A stretch of 64,000 nucleotides of DNA from positions 106,679-170,678 of IMG/VR virus record IMGVR_UViG_3300033075_001536; one strand, 5' to 3'. Source of the DNA: a virus. Its lineage: Duplodnaviria > Caudoviricetes. Below, piece by piece: positions 30,965-40,965 of the stretch; position 1 is the first letter of the stretch, and every line of letters begins with the position of its first letter. A program made the position numbers and the translations under genes. Below the pieces are notes generated by a model. It had not been told where the DNA came from and made no database searches. It saw nothing but the letters and a program-made list of their open reading frames with translations.

Positions 30965-31190
30965 TGCTACAAATTTTAGTAAGTTCTTTGGATATATTCT
31001 CGTCTATACTTCTTATGGTCTCTGCGTATTCTAGTCTAATATTTAAGAGATCTTGTAAAGAGTTTACATCCTTATCCTTTAAATACAGAGATAGAAATTG
31101 ATCATTTAAATAATTAAAATATTGATTGGTTTCACGAACATGATTATAGATATAATCAAATTGGTTCCTTACTATTTCATAATTGCTCAT
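30948..31190 (-). CDS. small hypothetical protein
   Basis: 80-aa ORF overlapping the polB stop. Confidence 0.5.
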   Translation of the reverse strand: MSNYEIVRNQFDYIYNHVRETNQYFNYLNDQFLSLYLKDKDVNSLQDLLNIRLEYAETIRSIDENISKELTKICSINEQS

Positions 31191-32683
31191 AATTCAGCTT
31201 CTAATTTTTTAATTTCATTTTGAATTTTCTTCAACTCATCTTTTTTCTGCATCATTATCTTTTTATTCTTCTTTCTATCTGCATAAACATCCTCCAACAT
31301 TCTTAGTGTTGGTGATAATCTCTTTTCAAAAACTACACCATTTACACAAACCACATGCATAGTTGGATCAATAATTGTTCCATTGTCACACATATTTTTG
31401 TTTACTGGATGTTGAATTCCTACAAATGTTTCTGGAGCAATGAAAAATTGTCTTTGAGTGGTTGGATATAACGATGCAAAGTCGTAAGTTACACACCAAC
31501 GATTCATTCCAACTACTGGATCTTTTACCCACCCACCAGCAATAGTTGAGTCACCATTTTGCCTTGTTTCATCTTTGAATAAAACGATATTTTCTTGTTC
31601 TCTAAATCTATTTCTCAAAACTCCTTCGGTGATTGCAAGAGATCCTAAAGCATTATTCATTTGAGAAACAACATCAGTTATTCTTATTCTAGCCAGTGAT
31701 GAGATAGCGTATATAATAGAAATATAATTTCTAGACTCATGTATTTTTTGCACAAGTACTGAGTCAACTGCGTTATAGTACATGAAGGTCTCAAAATCAT
31801 CTTCATATAATTTTTGTAAACTTCCTGTATATTTTATTTTCTCAACTCCAACTAATTTATTTGCCACATAGTCTAAAGATGATGACTCTTTTACTTTAAT
31901 AGAAGTATCACACACTTCATATAGCTGCATATAGTCAAATATCATTCTGTGTGCTGGTATTTCAAATTTGGTCGACCAAATTTTATTTAATCTTTTTGTT
32001 AGTGATGAGACTGCTGGATCTATGGTGACTTGTCTACCATTTACCCATTTTGCAGGAAGTTTTCTAGATCTATTTACTAGGTATAGCCAGTCATATCCAA
32101 GGAAGTTCCATCCAGTAAGTAATGGCATTTTCGGAACCATTTTATTAAAAAAAGCATGAAGCATATCAAATTCATCATCATATTTAACATACTTAAATTT
32201 ATAATTAGCATTGAATTTTTCGAAATATTTATTAGTATTCACCCGAATCCTTTCTTGCATATCTTCTGGCATATCTTTTAGTCCAAGAAGAATGATTTTA
32301 TCTTCATAAACAATAGATATGGACAGAACTCTAGTTGGTGCAGATTCTGCGTCAGGAAACCCATCAATAATTTCAGTTTCGATATCTATAAAATAAATAT
32401 CTGGGGTATTAAATTGAAAAATTTCACTTTTTTCATGTTCAGGAAGTTGATCTAAAAACTCATAAGTTGCATATCTATCTGGATGTGAAACTTCTACCTG
32501 TTTAACATGTTTGTTGTCCCAAGATTTATAGGTCGGGTGTTTTTGGGGATCATCATCTGGGCATGTTTCATATTTCATAGGATTTTCCCATGAAAAATGT
32601 TTCAATTTTATTCCACCAGTTGGATCCACATAGGAAACTACTAATTTTTTAGTATGACTTAAATATTGCGTATCAATGAGCAC
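31187..32683 (-). CDS. family B DNA polymerase, N-terminal half (3'-5' exonuclease + motif A) of a split enzyme
   Basis: ExoI FIDIET, ExoII GWNFLGYD, ExoIII YNAVD, motif A DFASLYP; no motif B or C. Confidence 0.88.
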   Translation of the reverse strand: MLIDTQYLSHTKKLVVSYVDPTGGIKLKHFSWENPMKYETCPDDDPQKHPTYKSWDNKHVKQVEVSHPDRYATYEFLDQLPEHEKSEIFQFNTPDIYFIDIETEIIDGFPDAESAPTRVLSISIVYEDKIILLGLKDMPEDMQERIRVNTNKYFEKFNANYKFKYVKYDDEFDMLHAFFNKMVPKMPLLTGWNFLGYDWLYLVNRSRKLPAKWVNGRQVTIDPAVSSLTKRLNKIWSTKFEIPAHRMIFDYMQLYEVCDTSIKVKESSSLDYVANKLVGVEKIKYTGSLQKLYEDDFETFMYYNAVDSVLVQKIHESRNYISIIYAISSLARIRITDVVSQMNNALGSLAITEGVLRNRFREQENIVLFKDETRQNGDSTIAGGWVKDPVVGMNRWCVTYDFASLYPTTQRQFFIAPETFVGIQHPVNKNMCDNGTIIDPTMHVVCVNGVVFEKRLSPTLRMLEDVYADRKKNKKIMMQKKDELKKIQNEIKKLEAEL

Positions 32684-32688
32684 TTTTT

Positions 32689-32715
32689 TTATATTCTATA
32701 ATAACTAGATAGTTT
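32689..32715 (-). promoter_or_regulatory. AAACT-N15-AATATAA motif
   Basis: Directly upstream of polB GTG start. Confidence 0.5.
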
Positions 32716-32743
32716 TTGTCTTAAAAATTTTAATATATAAAAT

Positions 32744-34348
32744 ATGATGCAATTGGACCGTTATTTTGATTTTTTAAATGAATCTAAAGTTGTTTATTCT
32801 AGTGAGTTTGTGGATATTTTGACGAAGATGAAAAAGCATTCTAAAGTGGCAAAAGATCTTTTAAATTTATCTGGAAGAGAAATGGATTTGGTTCATAACT
32901 ATATTGATATTTGTCCTGGAAAGGATGATACTATCCTATACATTCCAGATAATAAAGTCAAACCAGAACAATTGGATAAATATGAAATTGTTAATAGGGG
33001 TAGATGTCATGTTAGATCAAATCGTATTTTTAGATTTGCTGGACTATCCGAAGACCATATACCTTGTCCTCCGCTTGGAACATTATGTGTTTTACACAAA
33101 ATATTTAGCTTGACTGATTTAAGAACAGTGACTAGAGATATTGAAAGGCCCGTGGCTTGGTTTAAGACTTTAGAAGGATACAACTTTTTTATGAGTATCC
33201 ATCCAACCAATAGAGATCAGGGGGTTGTTGGTGCATATGATTTGGAAGGTGCTGGTGTTCGGAAATTTCCATTTCCGGTGGGCATAAAACCTTCTGAATT
33301 TAAGGTGGGTAGATTTGCTAAAAGAATTCTAGCAACTGTTGGAATTGAAGTTTCTGATAAAGAGGTAGAATCATTTGTCAATCAATATAAATCTGAAATT
33401 GCTAAATTAAATGATGTATTTAGAAATTTAAAATTAGTGGAAGGTGAGGAAATTCGTAAATGGTATCATGAACTTAAATATAGACCAGGAACTGGGACAT
33501 TAAATGGATCTTGTATGAGATATCCAAAGTGTCAGCCATTTTTTGATATCTATGTTTTAAATCCAGATAAATGTAAGATGTTGATTTTGTTAGATGATGT
33601 AAATCCAGAATTAATTGTAGGAAGAGCACTTATTTGGAAATTGGAAGACGGAACCACCTTTATGGATAGAATCTATTACATCAAAGATGCTACAGTGAAT
33701 GTTTTTAAGGATTATGCTATTTCTATGGGATGGAAATACAAATTAGATCAAAATAACCAGGCAAATTCTCCAGTGATGTTGGGTGATAAAAAATGTGATG
33801 ATCAAAAACTTGAAGTAAAGCTAAAACTAATTAATTATAGATATTTTCCTTATATGGATACAATTAAATTTTTAGATAGATTTAAGGACCATGTTTTAAT
33901 AACAAATCATAAAGGTAGATATGTGTTAGAACAAACCAATGGTGGTGGTGCTGGTAGATGTGAGGAATGTGGAGGATCTGGAAGAGTGACCTGTGGGCAC
34001 TGTGGTGGAGATTGTGATATTACTTGTTATGATTGTGATGGGGATGGTGAAACAACTTGTAGAAAATGTCGTGGAGGAGGAACAATAGATTGTGATAAAT
34101 GCTCTGGTGATGGTGAAAGAGAATGTTCAACTTGTACAGGAACTGGAATACATGATGGTAAAGAATGTACTGATTGTGGTGCTAAGGGTGTTGTAAAATG
34201 TGAGGCTTGTGCTGGTAAAGGAAATATAGAGTGTTCTTCTTGTGATGGAAACGGAAATGTTTCTTGTAGAAGATGTCGTGGTAATGGAAGAATAGAATGT
34301 GACGAGTGTGAGGGAAATGGTGATGTTTCTTGTCCAGAATGTTCTTAA
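32744..34348 (+). CDS. KxGR + SCM domain protein with 12 CxxC (DnaJ-type CxxCxGxG) repeats (paralog 2)
   Basis: KVGRFAKRIL, GTLNGSCMRY, GRALIW, FMDRIY, FPYMDT; CEECGGSG...CPECS. Confidence 0.7.
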   Translation: MMQLDRYFDFLNESKVVYSSEFVDILTKMKKHSKVAKDLLNLSGREMDLVHNYIDICPGKDDTILYIPDNKVKPEQLDKYEIVNRGRCHVRSNRIFRFAGLSEDHIPCPPLGTLCVLHKIFSLTDLRTVTRDIERPVAWFKTLEGYNFFMSIHPTNRDQGVVGAYDLEGAGVRKFPFPVGIKPSEFKVGRFAKRILATVGIEVSDKEVESFVNQYKSEIAKLNDVFRNLKLVEGEEIRKWYHELKYRPGTGTLNGSCMRYPKCQPFFDIYVLNPDKCKMLILLDDVNPELIVGRALIWKLEDGTTFMDRIYYIKDATVNVFKDYAISMGWKYKLDQNNQANSPVMLGDKKCDDQKLEVKLKLINYRYFPYMDTIKFLDRFKDHVLITNHKGRYVLEQTNGGGAGRCEECGGSGRVTCGHCGGDCDITCYDCDGDGETTCRKCRGGGTIDCDKCSGDGERECSTCTGTGIHDGKECTDCGAKGVVKCEACAGKGNIECSSCDGNGNVSCRRCRGNGRIECDECEGNGDVSCPECS

Positions 34349-34653
34349 ACTTTAATGTGTTTGACTACACCATTTTCATCTGGATTTCCCCATTTTCTGT
34401 TTTTAATTATTTCAAATTTTTCAGATATAGCATTGCAACAGTCAGTATAACTCATTCCATCAGCATTGGCTGCTCCAAATAGTAAAAGAAAACAATCTGC
34501 AAATTCTAATCTTCTTTCTGAATTTTTTGTTTCTAAATCCTGAATCAGTTCTCCTACCTCTTCTTTTAAGTGGTGTATTTTTGAAAGAGCATTTGCTTTT
34601 GGAAATGTCTTATCTTGCCAAATAGTAATTTCATTAAATTGTTTTTCTGTCAT
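34345..34653 (-). CDS. MazG-like nucleotide pyrophosphohydrolase (DUF550-like)
   Basis: HLKEEVGE, EFADC, RKWG..DENGVVKH. Confidence 0.8.
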   Translation of the reverse strand: MTEKQFNEITIWQDKTFPKANALSKIHHLKEEVGELIQDLETKNSERRLEFADCFLLLFGAANADGMSYTDCCNAISEKFEIIKNRKWGNPDENGVVKHIKV

Positions 34654-35132
34654 ATATCTATATCAAAATATTCTATATTTTCATTTGTTCTTTGATTGGT
34701 GAATGTTAAATCACTTCTTTTTATAATTTCTTCTTCAAAATGAAAGGATGTTTTAAATAATTTTCTTAAAAATGGAATTTCGTTGGAATAGTTTACATAA
34801 TCAGAATCTACCAATAGACAAATTATTTTTCTATCATCTTCCTGATTATATCCTACAATTTGACCTTCGTGATCTTTTTGTAATCCCTTTTTTCCATAAC
34901 AAACAAATTTTGTGGTTATTTTTTCACCAGGTGCCCATTTATATTCCATCACCAAATCATCATTTGGTTCTATATTTAAAAATTCATTTTCTACATAAAG
35001 TCTAATCCAAAAATATACTTTCTGTTTTTCGGTTATTTCAATTGAAATTTCTTTACTAACATTGTTTGTTAGATTTTCAGTATTAATATCTTGTACCTGT
35101 TCTTTTATTCTTTCATATAAAGTATCACTCAT
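34650..35132 (-). CDS. hypothetical protein
   Basis: 160-aa ORF in thyA gene run. Confidence 0.55.
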   Translation of the reverse strand: MSDTLYERIKEQVQDINTENLTNNVSKEISIEITEKQKVYFWIRLYVENEFLNIEPNDDLVMEYKWAPGEKITTKFVCYGKKGLQKDHEGQIVGYNQEDDRKIICLLVDSDYVNYSNEIPFLRKLFKTSFHFEEEIIKRSDLTFTNQRTNENIEYFDIDI

Positions 35133-35149
35133 TTTATTAAAATTATTTT

Positions 35150-36286
35150 TTAGTTAGATAGAGGCATTTTCACTGTTGGTGAAGATTCATATCCTTCTAT
35201 TTTTATATCTTCATAAGTTATATCAAAAATTCCTTTTTTGTTAATAGAAATTTTCGGAAGTTTAAAAGTTTTTTGTTCTAATTGTTTTTTAACTCCTTCT
35301 ATTTGATTTAGATAGATATGACAGTCTCCACCAGAAAATACTAAAGTTTCTGGGATCATGTTCACTTCCTGTGCAAGCAGATGTAAAAGTATTCCGTAAG
35401 AGGCTATATTGTAAGGCAATCCTAATGGAACATCAACACTTCGTTGAATCCATTTCAAACTTAATTTTCTTTTTGGATATCCTTGATTATCTAAAAATTC
35501 ATCTGTAATATCCTCACCAAAAGAGATATGCTTTTTATGAAACTTACACCATTCTTTGATTCTTTCTTCTAAATCCATTTCTCTGGTGTAACATTGAAAT
35601 CCATAATGACAGGGTGGTAAGGTCATTTGATCAATTTCAGAAACATTCCAAGCTAATACCATTAGTCTTCTTGAATCCGGATTGTTTTTTAAATCATTGA
35701 TTAGATTTTTAATTTGATCAATTCCTTTTATTTTCCATTTTAACATACTTTGTCCTGAGAATTTTGGATCCTCGACCTCTGTTTTTTCCCAAACAAATTC
35801 ATTCCATTCTCTCCATTGTTTTCCATAAACTGGTCCCAAATTTCCCCATTTTTTAGAAAATTTTTCATTTGTTTTTATCCTTTCTACAAATTCTTCTTTA
35901 GTAAGCGGTGTTAAATTTTCTGGACTAGAAAAATCCATATCCAGATGACTCTGCCAACCCATTATATCACCACATTTAAAACCTTCAATAAGCTTTCCTG
36001 TTTGCTTAAAATATTTTTTATAAGCATCCCCATCCCAAATATGACAATCGTTATCAATCAAGTATTTAATATTGGTGTCTCCTTTTAGAAACCATATAAG
36101 CTCAACAATAACTCCCTTTAAATACATTTTTTTGGATGTTAGAAGTGGAAATCCTTCTGACATATTAAATTTCATGGTATAGTCAAATATTGATTTGGTT
36201 CCGGTTCCGGTTCTATCTTTTTTTACAACACCGTTTGTTAAAATTTCATTAATTAGCTCAAAATATTGCTTATCTACATTATTCAT
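35150..36286 (-). CDS. thyA: thymidylate synthase
   Basis: DRTGTGT, ELIWF, GPVYGKQWR, DSRR, LPPCH, QRSVD, GLPYNIASY, DCHIY. Confidence 0.95.
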   Translation of the reverse strand: MNNVDKQYFELINEILTNGVVKKDRTGTGTKSIFDYTMKFNMSEGFPLLTSKKMYLKGVIVELIWFLKGDTNIKYLIDNDCHIWDGDAYKKYFKQTGKLIEGFKCGDIMGWQSHLDMDFSSPENLTPLTKEEFVERIKTNEKFSKKWGNLGPVYGKQWREWNEFVWEKTEVEDPKFSGQSMLKWKIKGIDQIKNLINDLKNNPDSRRLMVLAWNVSEIDQMTLPPCHYGFQCYTREMDLEERIKEWCKFHKKHISFGEDITDEFLDNQGYPKRKLSLKWIQRSVDVPLGLPYNIASYGILLHLLAQEVNMIPETLVFSGGDCHIYLNQIEGVKKQLEQKTFKLPKISINKKGIFDITYEDIKIEGYESSPTVKMPLSN

Positions 36287-36564
36287 TTTAAAATATCTTT
36301 TAATTTTTTATCTCTTTCAAATACAGGAAAGTCTTTGGTTATTCTTGAATATCCACAGTCATCACATTGTTCAATTTCAGCTTCATAGAAAGGTAGTTTC
36401 CTTTTATTTAGGTGTTGGCAATTTCTTTCTTTTAATATTTTGTAAAAATGATCGTAAATTATTTTCTTATCAGAAGAGGTAATGGATTCCCACCAAGATT
36501 CTATTTTTTTAGAGTCTTCTATTCTTGATTGTATTGATTCTTCTTGTGTTAAAACTCTCACCAT
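36283..36564 (-). CDS. small Zn-ribbon protein with C-terminal RDKKL tag
   Basis: CQH...CDDCGY; ...ERDKKLKDILK. Confidence 0.55.
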   Translation of the reverse strand: MVRVLTQEESIQSRIEDSKKIESWWESITSSDKKIIYDHFYKILKERNCQHLNKRKLPFYEAEIEQCDDCGYSRITKDFPVFERDKKLKDILK

Positions 36565-36596
36565 ATACGATTTTATGTCATATATGGTGATAAGTT

Positions 36597-37082
36597 TTAA
36601 AGTCCGTAGAACTTAATACAATCTAAAATGTATTTAGAGTGTTTAAGATTTTCATCATTTGGAAGACCAGTTTTATTGGCTTTTCCAAGAGTTAGGTGAA
36701 AATTAAAGTAGGGTGTTGGTGTTAGACCCATAGCAGAACGAATATTTTCTGCATCTTTTGAGTATATTTTGATCCACCAGTGATCACCGTTTGTCCGAAT
36801 TTCAGATGGTTCGTAGTATAATTTAATTTCTTTTCCGTGGAAAAATTCACGAGCTTCTTTGTAGATATCATTATCCACAATATCTGAAATAATAGTGACA
36901 TGTGCTCCTCTTAGAGGACGAACTAGTTCAAGTCCAAATCTTCTTTCTAAGAGCCATGCGTAGTATAAGTGCATATCACCATCTAATTTTGCAATAGCAA
37001 CATGTTTCCATGACGAATGAGCTTTGTGCTTTTTCGTTACAATAGATGGATCAAAGTTTAGCTTTGCATTTATTTCAAACAT
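36597..37082 (-). CDS. 2H phosphoesterase superfamily protein
   Basis: Two HxT motifs: GAHVTII and FHLTLG. Confidence 0.7.
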   Translation of the reverse strand: MFEINAKLNFDPSIVTKKHKAHSSWKHVAIAKLDGDMHLYYAWLLERRFGLELVRPLRGAHVTIISDIVDNDIYKEAREFFHGKEIKLYYEPSEIRTNGDHWWIKIYSKDAENIRSAMGLTPTPYFNFHLTLGKANKTGLPNDENLKHSKYILDCIKFYGL

Positions 37083-37087
37083 AGATG

Positions 37088-37095
37088 CAAATATA
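37088..37095 (-). promoter_or_regulatory. Bacteroidetes-type -7 box TATATTTG
   Basis: TAnnTTTG 5 nt before ATG; same box at 40049-40056 and 40907-40914 upstream of minus-strand genes. Confidence 0.55.
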
Positions 37096-37123
37096 CTAAA
37101 AAATTTTTTTAATATATAAAACT

Positions 37124-37564
37124 ATGAAACATTTGAGATATTTTGAAAGTTCCACATCAATGGAAGAAATTTCGGAAGATGATTTCTATTCTAATAGAAA
37201 AAGTTCAAATCCATCTATTTTAACAGAGAAAGAATCCTTGGATGTTACTAAAATATTCAATAAGTATGATGATGGTACTGGATATATAAGATATTTTTTA
37301 ATTCCTGGTGTTGATCGACAAGAAGATGGGTATGAAACATCAAATAATATGGATATACAGTGTAGTGACGGTAGATATTGTATTGGTCAAATTGACATAT
37401 ATAAAATGAAACCAAAATATTTAAATGTATATTTTATTCATTTCAGTGGATCTTATCACCCAAATGGTGATTTATATTTCAGAACCACACACTTTGATGA
37501 TATACTATCTTGTATGGATAAAGGATTGAAAATATCTAAAAAATATTGGAGTAAACAAAATTAA
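37124..37564 (+). CDS. hypothetical protein, CTS-like N-terminus
   Basis: MKHLRYFES, AATATATA 5 nt before ATG. Confidence 0.6.
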   Translation: MKHLRYFESSTSMEEISEDDFYSNRKSSNPSILTEKESLDVTKIFNKYDDGTGYIRYFLIPGVDRQEDGYETSNNMDIQCSDGRYCIGQIDIYKMKPKYLNVYFIHFSGSYHPNGDLYFRTTHFDDILSCMDKGLKISKKYWSKQN

Positions 37565-38724
37565 ATTGTTATCTCACCAGTTGTTGGCTCAGCAGTTGGT
37601 ACCACCGGTGTTGGTATATAGAAAATGCTTTCAAAACTACCATCACGAATTGGAGCCTCACCAACTGGATACCCACTAACATTTCCATTAGCTGCTCTCA
37701 AAACATGATAATTTCTTGTTTGTAGATTTGCTCCACAATGAAGAGTTTTCTTTTTTTTATCCATTAAATAGAATGAATCAACATATGGATAATTTGTGAA
37801 ATCACATTTATCTAATTGTATTGTTTTTTCCTCACCGTGCATGTCTATTGTCTTATATCCGAGCTCTTTTATTTTATCGGTTAGGTAGTTAAATAACCAT
37901 TCATGTGTAAAATAAACTCTATCGATAAATTTTTCTCCTTTTTTATCTATCCATACCAATCCCCTTGCTGCTATTTTATTATTTAAAGATATGGTGGCAA
38001 GTCCTATTTGCTTTGGATTTTCAGTGTATAGTTTAAGCCAATCTCCATGATTTGTCATGCAAGATTTGTGTAGAGTTCCAATTGGCGCTTCTAAATAGTT
38101 TTTTGGATCATATCCTTTCAAAATATCTTGTCCATATAAAAATTCAACTTTTAGTTGATCATTTGCTTGGAAAGAGACAAATTTATTGTGCATTTCCTCA
38201 ATAAATTTGTCTGAATTTTCTATTGTTGAGGTAGATACGACTTCTTTAAATTTATCAGATACCCTTTTTAAGAATCTTCCAAACTTTAGTTCCATTTTTT
38301 TATTTGAATTGGAAAGTTGAATCATTCCAACCGATTTCGAGATAGAGAAGTCAGTAAATTCATCAAAAACACCAATTTTATGAATAAGGGCAGTGGATAT
38401 AAAGTTCAAATCACTTATATTTAGAAATCTATCAAAGTCAGCTGATTTATTACAGGTTTCTTTTTTATCACAATTGATAAATTTACAAAGTCCTGTAACA
38501 TTGTCAGTTAATTGACCATCTTTATAAAAAGAAACCCAAGAATAGACATATCCTAGTTTATCTGGTGAATGATCTCCATTGCACTGATTTTGACAAATAT
38601 AAATTGTGTTTGGATTATCAGAAACATATATTCTAGCTGAATCAATATATTGACCACTTATAAAGCAGGTTATATAATCTCCCGTGGTGTATGTTTGTCC
38701 TTGTATATCTATACTTCGTGGCAT
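37561..38724 (-). CDS. KxGR + SCM domain protein (paralog 3)
   Basis: KFGRFLKRV, GTLHKSCM, ARGLVW, FIDRVY, YPYVDS. Confidence 0.65.
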   Translation of the reverse strand: MPRSIDIQGQTYTTGDYITCFISGQYIDSARIYVSDNPNTIYICQNQCNGDHSPDKLGYVYSWVSFYKDGQLTDNVTGLCKFINCDKKETCNKSADFDRFLNISDLNFISTALIHKIGVFDEFTDFSISKSVGMIQLSNSNKKMELKFGRFLKRVSDKFKEVVSTSTIENSDKFIEEMHNKFVSFQANDQLKVEFLYGQDILKGYDPKNYLEAPIGTLHKSCMTNHGDWLKLYTENPKQIGLATISLNNKIAARGLVWIDKKGEKFIDRVYFTHEWLFNYLTDKIKELGYKTIDMHGEEKTIQLDKCDFTNYPYVDSFYLMDKKKKTLHCGANLQTRNYHVLRAANGNVSGYPVGEAPIRDGSFESIFYIPTPVVPTAEPTTGEITI

Positions 38725-38792
38725 TATTTATATTTTAAAATTAAAGATAAGAAAAATATTTTGATATATACTTAAAAATTATTTAAAATTTT

Positions 38793-38969
38793 ATGGAACC
38801 AATCAAAAATCAAGTTCTTTCCAATGATGAAATGACTATGTTAAGAGAAAAATTTATTAATGAGTATGCTAAATCAAAAGGATGGAATCCGAAAGAATTA
38901 ACAACTCAACAACTTCTTGAAATAACAACATCCAAACAATATAAGAACCCTGGACTAATTTTAGGTTAA
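38793..38969 (+). CDS. 58-aa hypothetical protein
   Basis: Manual translation MEPIKNQVLSNDEMTMLREKFINEYAKSKGWNPKELTTQQLLEITTSKQYKNPGLILG. Confidence 0.6.
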   Translation: MEPIKNQVLSNDEMTMLREKFINEYAKSKGWNPKELTTQQLLEITTSKQYKNPGLILG

Positions 38970-40027
38970 GCGTAAATAATATCTACATCTTTCGAATAGA
39001 CATCATCAATAGCTGGAATTACCTCACCAAGTGTTTTTCTAGCTGCTAGAAATTGTTTATCATCTCCAAACCAAATATAACATTCGTTTCCATTCCAAGA
39101 AAGTCCGGTAACATCCCAGTATTCTGATTTAGTGATTAACCAGTTGTAGATGAATTGTCTTTCCTCAGCAATTCTCTCATCTCTTAGATGACACTCATAA
39201 ACATCCTTGTAATCTCTAACGAAAACATATATCGCATTTCTTGTTGGTTTATTACTATTATTGGAATAGTAAAGTGCCATAAATTCTTCCTCAGTCATTC
39301 TTGCTTCTGGAGTTCTTTCAGTTGGAAGTGATTCCCAATCAACCAAAACACTAGCTTTACATAATCGAACCAGGTGCTCCATATCTTGACATTCTTCGGT
39401 GGTATGTTCTTTGTAATATCCAACAGATATATTAGTACCTTCAGGCACGAGAGATACAAATTGTGCTGAATCAGTTACAATTCCAGTATCATCTGGCTTA
39501 AATTTAAAATTCTTTTCGTTTTTGTTAAATTGTTCAGACAAAGCATTTGCAAAGGAATCTGAACAACATCTTCCCCAAAGTTGATGTGTAATTACCGAAT
39601 CAGTTCCCCTTCTATCAAAGGATATGCACCTTTTGATATTTTTATATTTAAAATTACTTGACAAAGCAGATGATCCTATACACCCACATTCTTCTCCTAA
39701 GAAGAAATAATATAATCCTGGAACCTTATTCTCTATCATATATAGAATAACAGTCATTCCTGATTTATCATCTGCTCCTAAAATTGTCTTACCGTCCGTA
39801 GCAATATATTTTCCATAGGTTCTATGTCTTACTGAATCTTGTTTAGAACAAGCAGTATCTAAATGACAAGTGAACATGGTTGTTGGGTCTGGATTTCCTA
39901 TAATTAGGAAATAATTTCCGTGATCATCTTTTTGATATCCTTCTGGTAGGTAGTTTAATAATTGTGTCTCGGTTCTGTGTGGATAAGTTTTCCGAGTAAG
40001 TTGTAAAAATTTTCGTTTAATTCGCAT
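38966..40027 (-). CDS. M28/M20-type zinc peptidase (paralog 1)
   Basis: HLDT, GADDKSG, GEECG, FDRRG, TDSA, NISVGYYKEHT. Confidence 0.85.
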   Translation of the reverse strand: MRIKRKFLQLTRKTYPHRTETQLLNYLPEGYQKDDHGNYFLIIGNPDPTTMFTCHLDTACSKQDSVRHRTYGKYIATDGKTILGADDKSGMTVILYMIENKVPGLYYFFLGEECGCIGSSALSSNFKYKNIKRCISFDRRGTDSVITHQLWGRCCSDSFANALSEQFNKNEKNFKFKPDDTGIVTDSAQFVSLVPEGTNISVGYYKEHTTEECQDMEHLVRLCKASVLVDWESLPTERTPEARMTEEEFMALYYSNNSNKPTRNAIYVFVRDYKDVYECHLRDERIAEERQFIYNWLITKSEYWDVTGLSWNGNECYIWFGDDKQFLAARKTLGEVIPAIDDVYSKDVDIIYA

Positions 40028-40071
40028 TCGCAGAGTTTATTTAGCATACAAATATACGAATTAATTTAGAA

Positions 40072-40278
40072 TTATCCTAATTTAAAATTTTCTTTTTTAA
40101 CTTCAATTTCACCTAGTTCTGGATGCATAATAATTAGTCTAAGTCCAGAGGAATCTTCAATAGATTCACGATAGACTTTGAACTTATCACCTATTTTATA
40201 GGTATTTTTTCCATTTACATTAATTATTGAATCCTTGATTGCAATAATTTCATCACCTTGTTTAAATTTCGTCTCCAT
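40072..40278 (-). CDS. small hypothetical protein (SH3-like)
   Basis: 68 aa beta-rich, KFKQGD start. Confidence 0.5.
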   Translation of the reverse strand: METKFKQGDEIIAIKDSIINVNGKNTYKIGDKFKVYRESIEDSSGLRLIIMHPELGEIEVKKENFKLG

Positions 40279-40894
40279 CTTCTTTAAATAGTTCTTCTAA
40301 TTTTTTATCTCTTATGTATTCTAGTTTCAATTGCTTAATAGTTGTTTTCCAATTCTCAAATAAATTTGAAATTTCATATTCTTCCTCAGCTCTTGATCCA
40401 ATGGTAATGCTACCATGCTTCATTCCAGCTACTGCTTTCCAAGCACTACTTGAATCTTTTGGCATCGATTTTGAAAAGATATAAAATGTGCAATTTTCTT
40501 TTTTCTTTAATCTACTTAAAAGAGAATCTCTGTTATCCGATAAGTCAATATCTGGAGTAATTTGTATGATAAATATAATTGGAATACTTGTTTGTTTTCT
40601 AACTCTTTGTTCATATTCTTTCATTCCTAAAAAAGTGCAAGATCTATAAATATCAATAATTAAATAGTCCACTCTAAATAGATTTTCAGATAATACTTTT
40701 TCAAAATCATCTATACCATGAAATTTCTTTTTAGCAGTTTGGGTCCAAGAATACAATCCAGAATCAAAACTATCATTGGATAATAAAAGAATATTTTTAC
40801 CAGCAACATCTAGAAAACTAAATACTTTGGAACCACCAACTTGTATATCGTTTGGTGTTCCACTAATATAGTTTGTATCTTTAATATCTATCAT
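40262..40894 (-). CDS. degenerate RecA/DnaB-fold-like protein with C-terminal RDKKL tag
   Basis: GKNILLLS, RVDYLIID, IPIIFIIQ parallel helicase motifs; ...IRDKKLEELF. Confidence 0.45.
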   Translation of the reverse strand: MIDIKDTNYISGTPNDIQVGGSKVFSFLDVAGKNILLLSNDSFDSGLYSWTQTAKKKFHGIDDFEKVLSENLFRVDYLIIDIYRSCTFLGMKEYEQRVRKQTSIPIIFIIQITPDIDLSDNRDSLLSRLKKKENCTFYIFSKSMPKDSSSAWKAVAGMKHGSITIGSRAEEEYEISNLFENWKTTIKQLKLEYIRDKKLEELFKEDGDEI

Positions 40895-40965
40895 GGCAAA
40901 TTATATCAAATATACGAAACTTAGTTGAAATAGTGGAATATAAATAAAAATATTTCATAACAACT

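Noticed and set aside
35150-36286. Extra length of ThyA as an intein or intron
   Set aside because: Insertions are short and in frame, with no intein terminal residues or endonuclease motifs.
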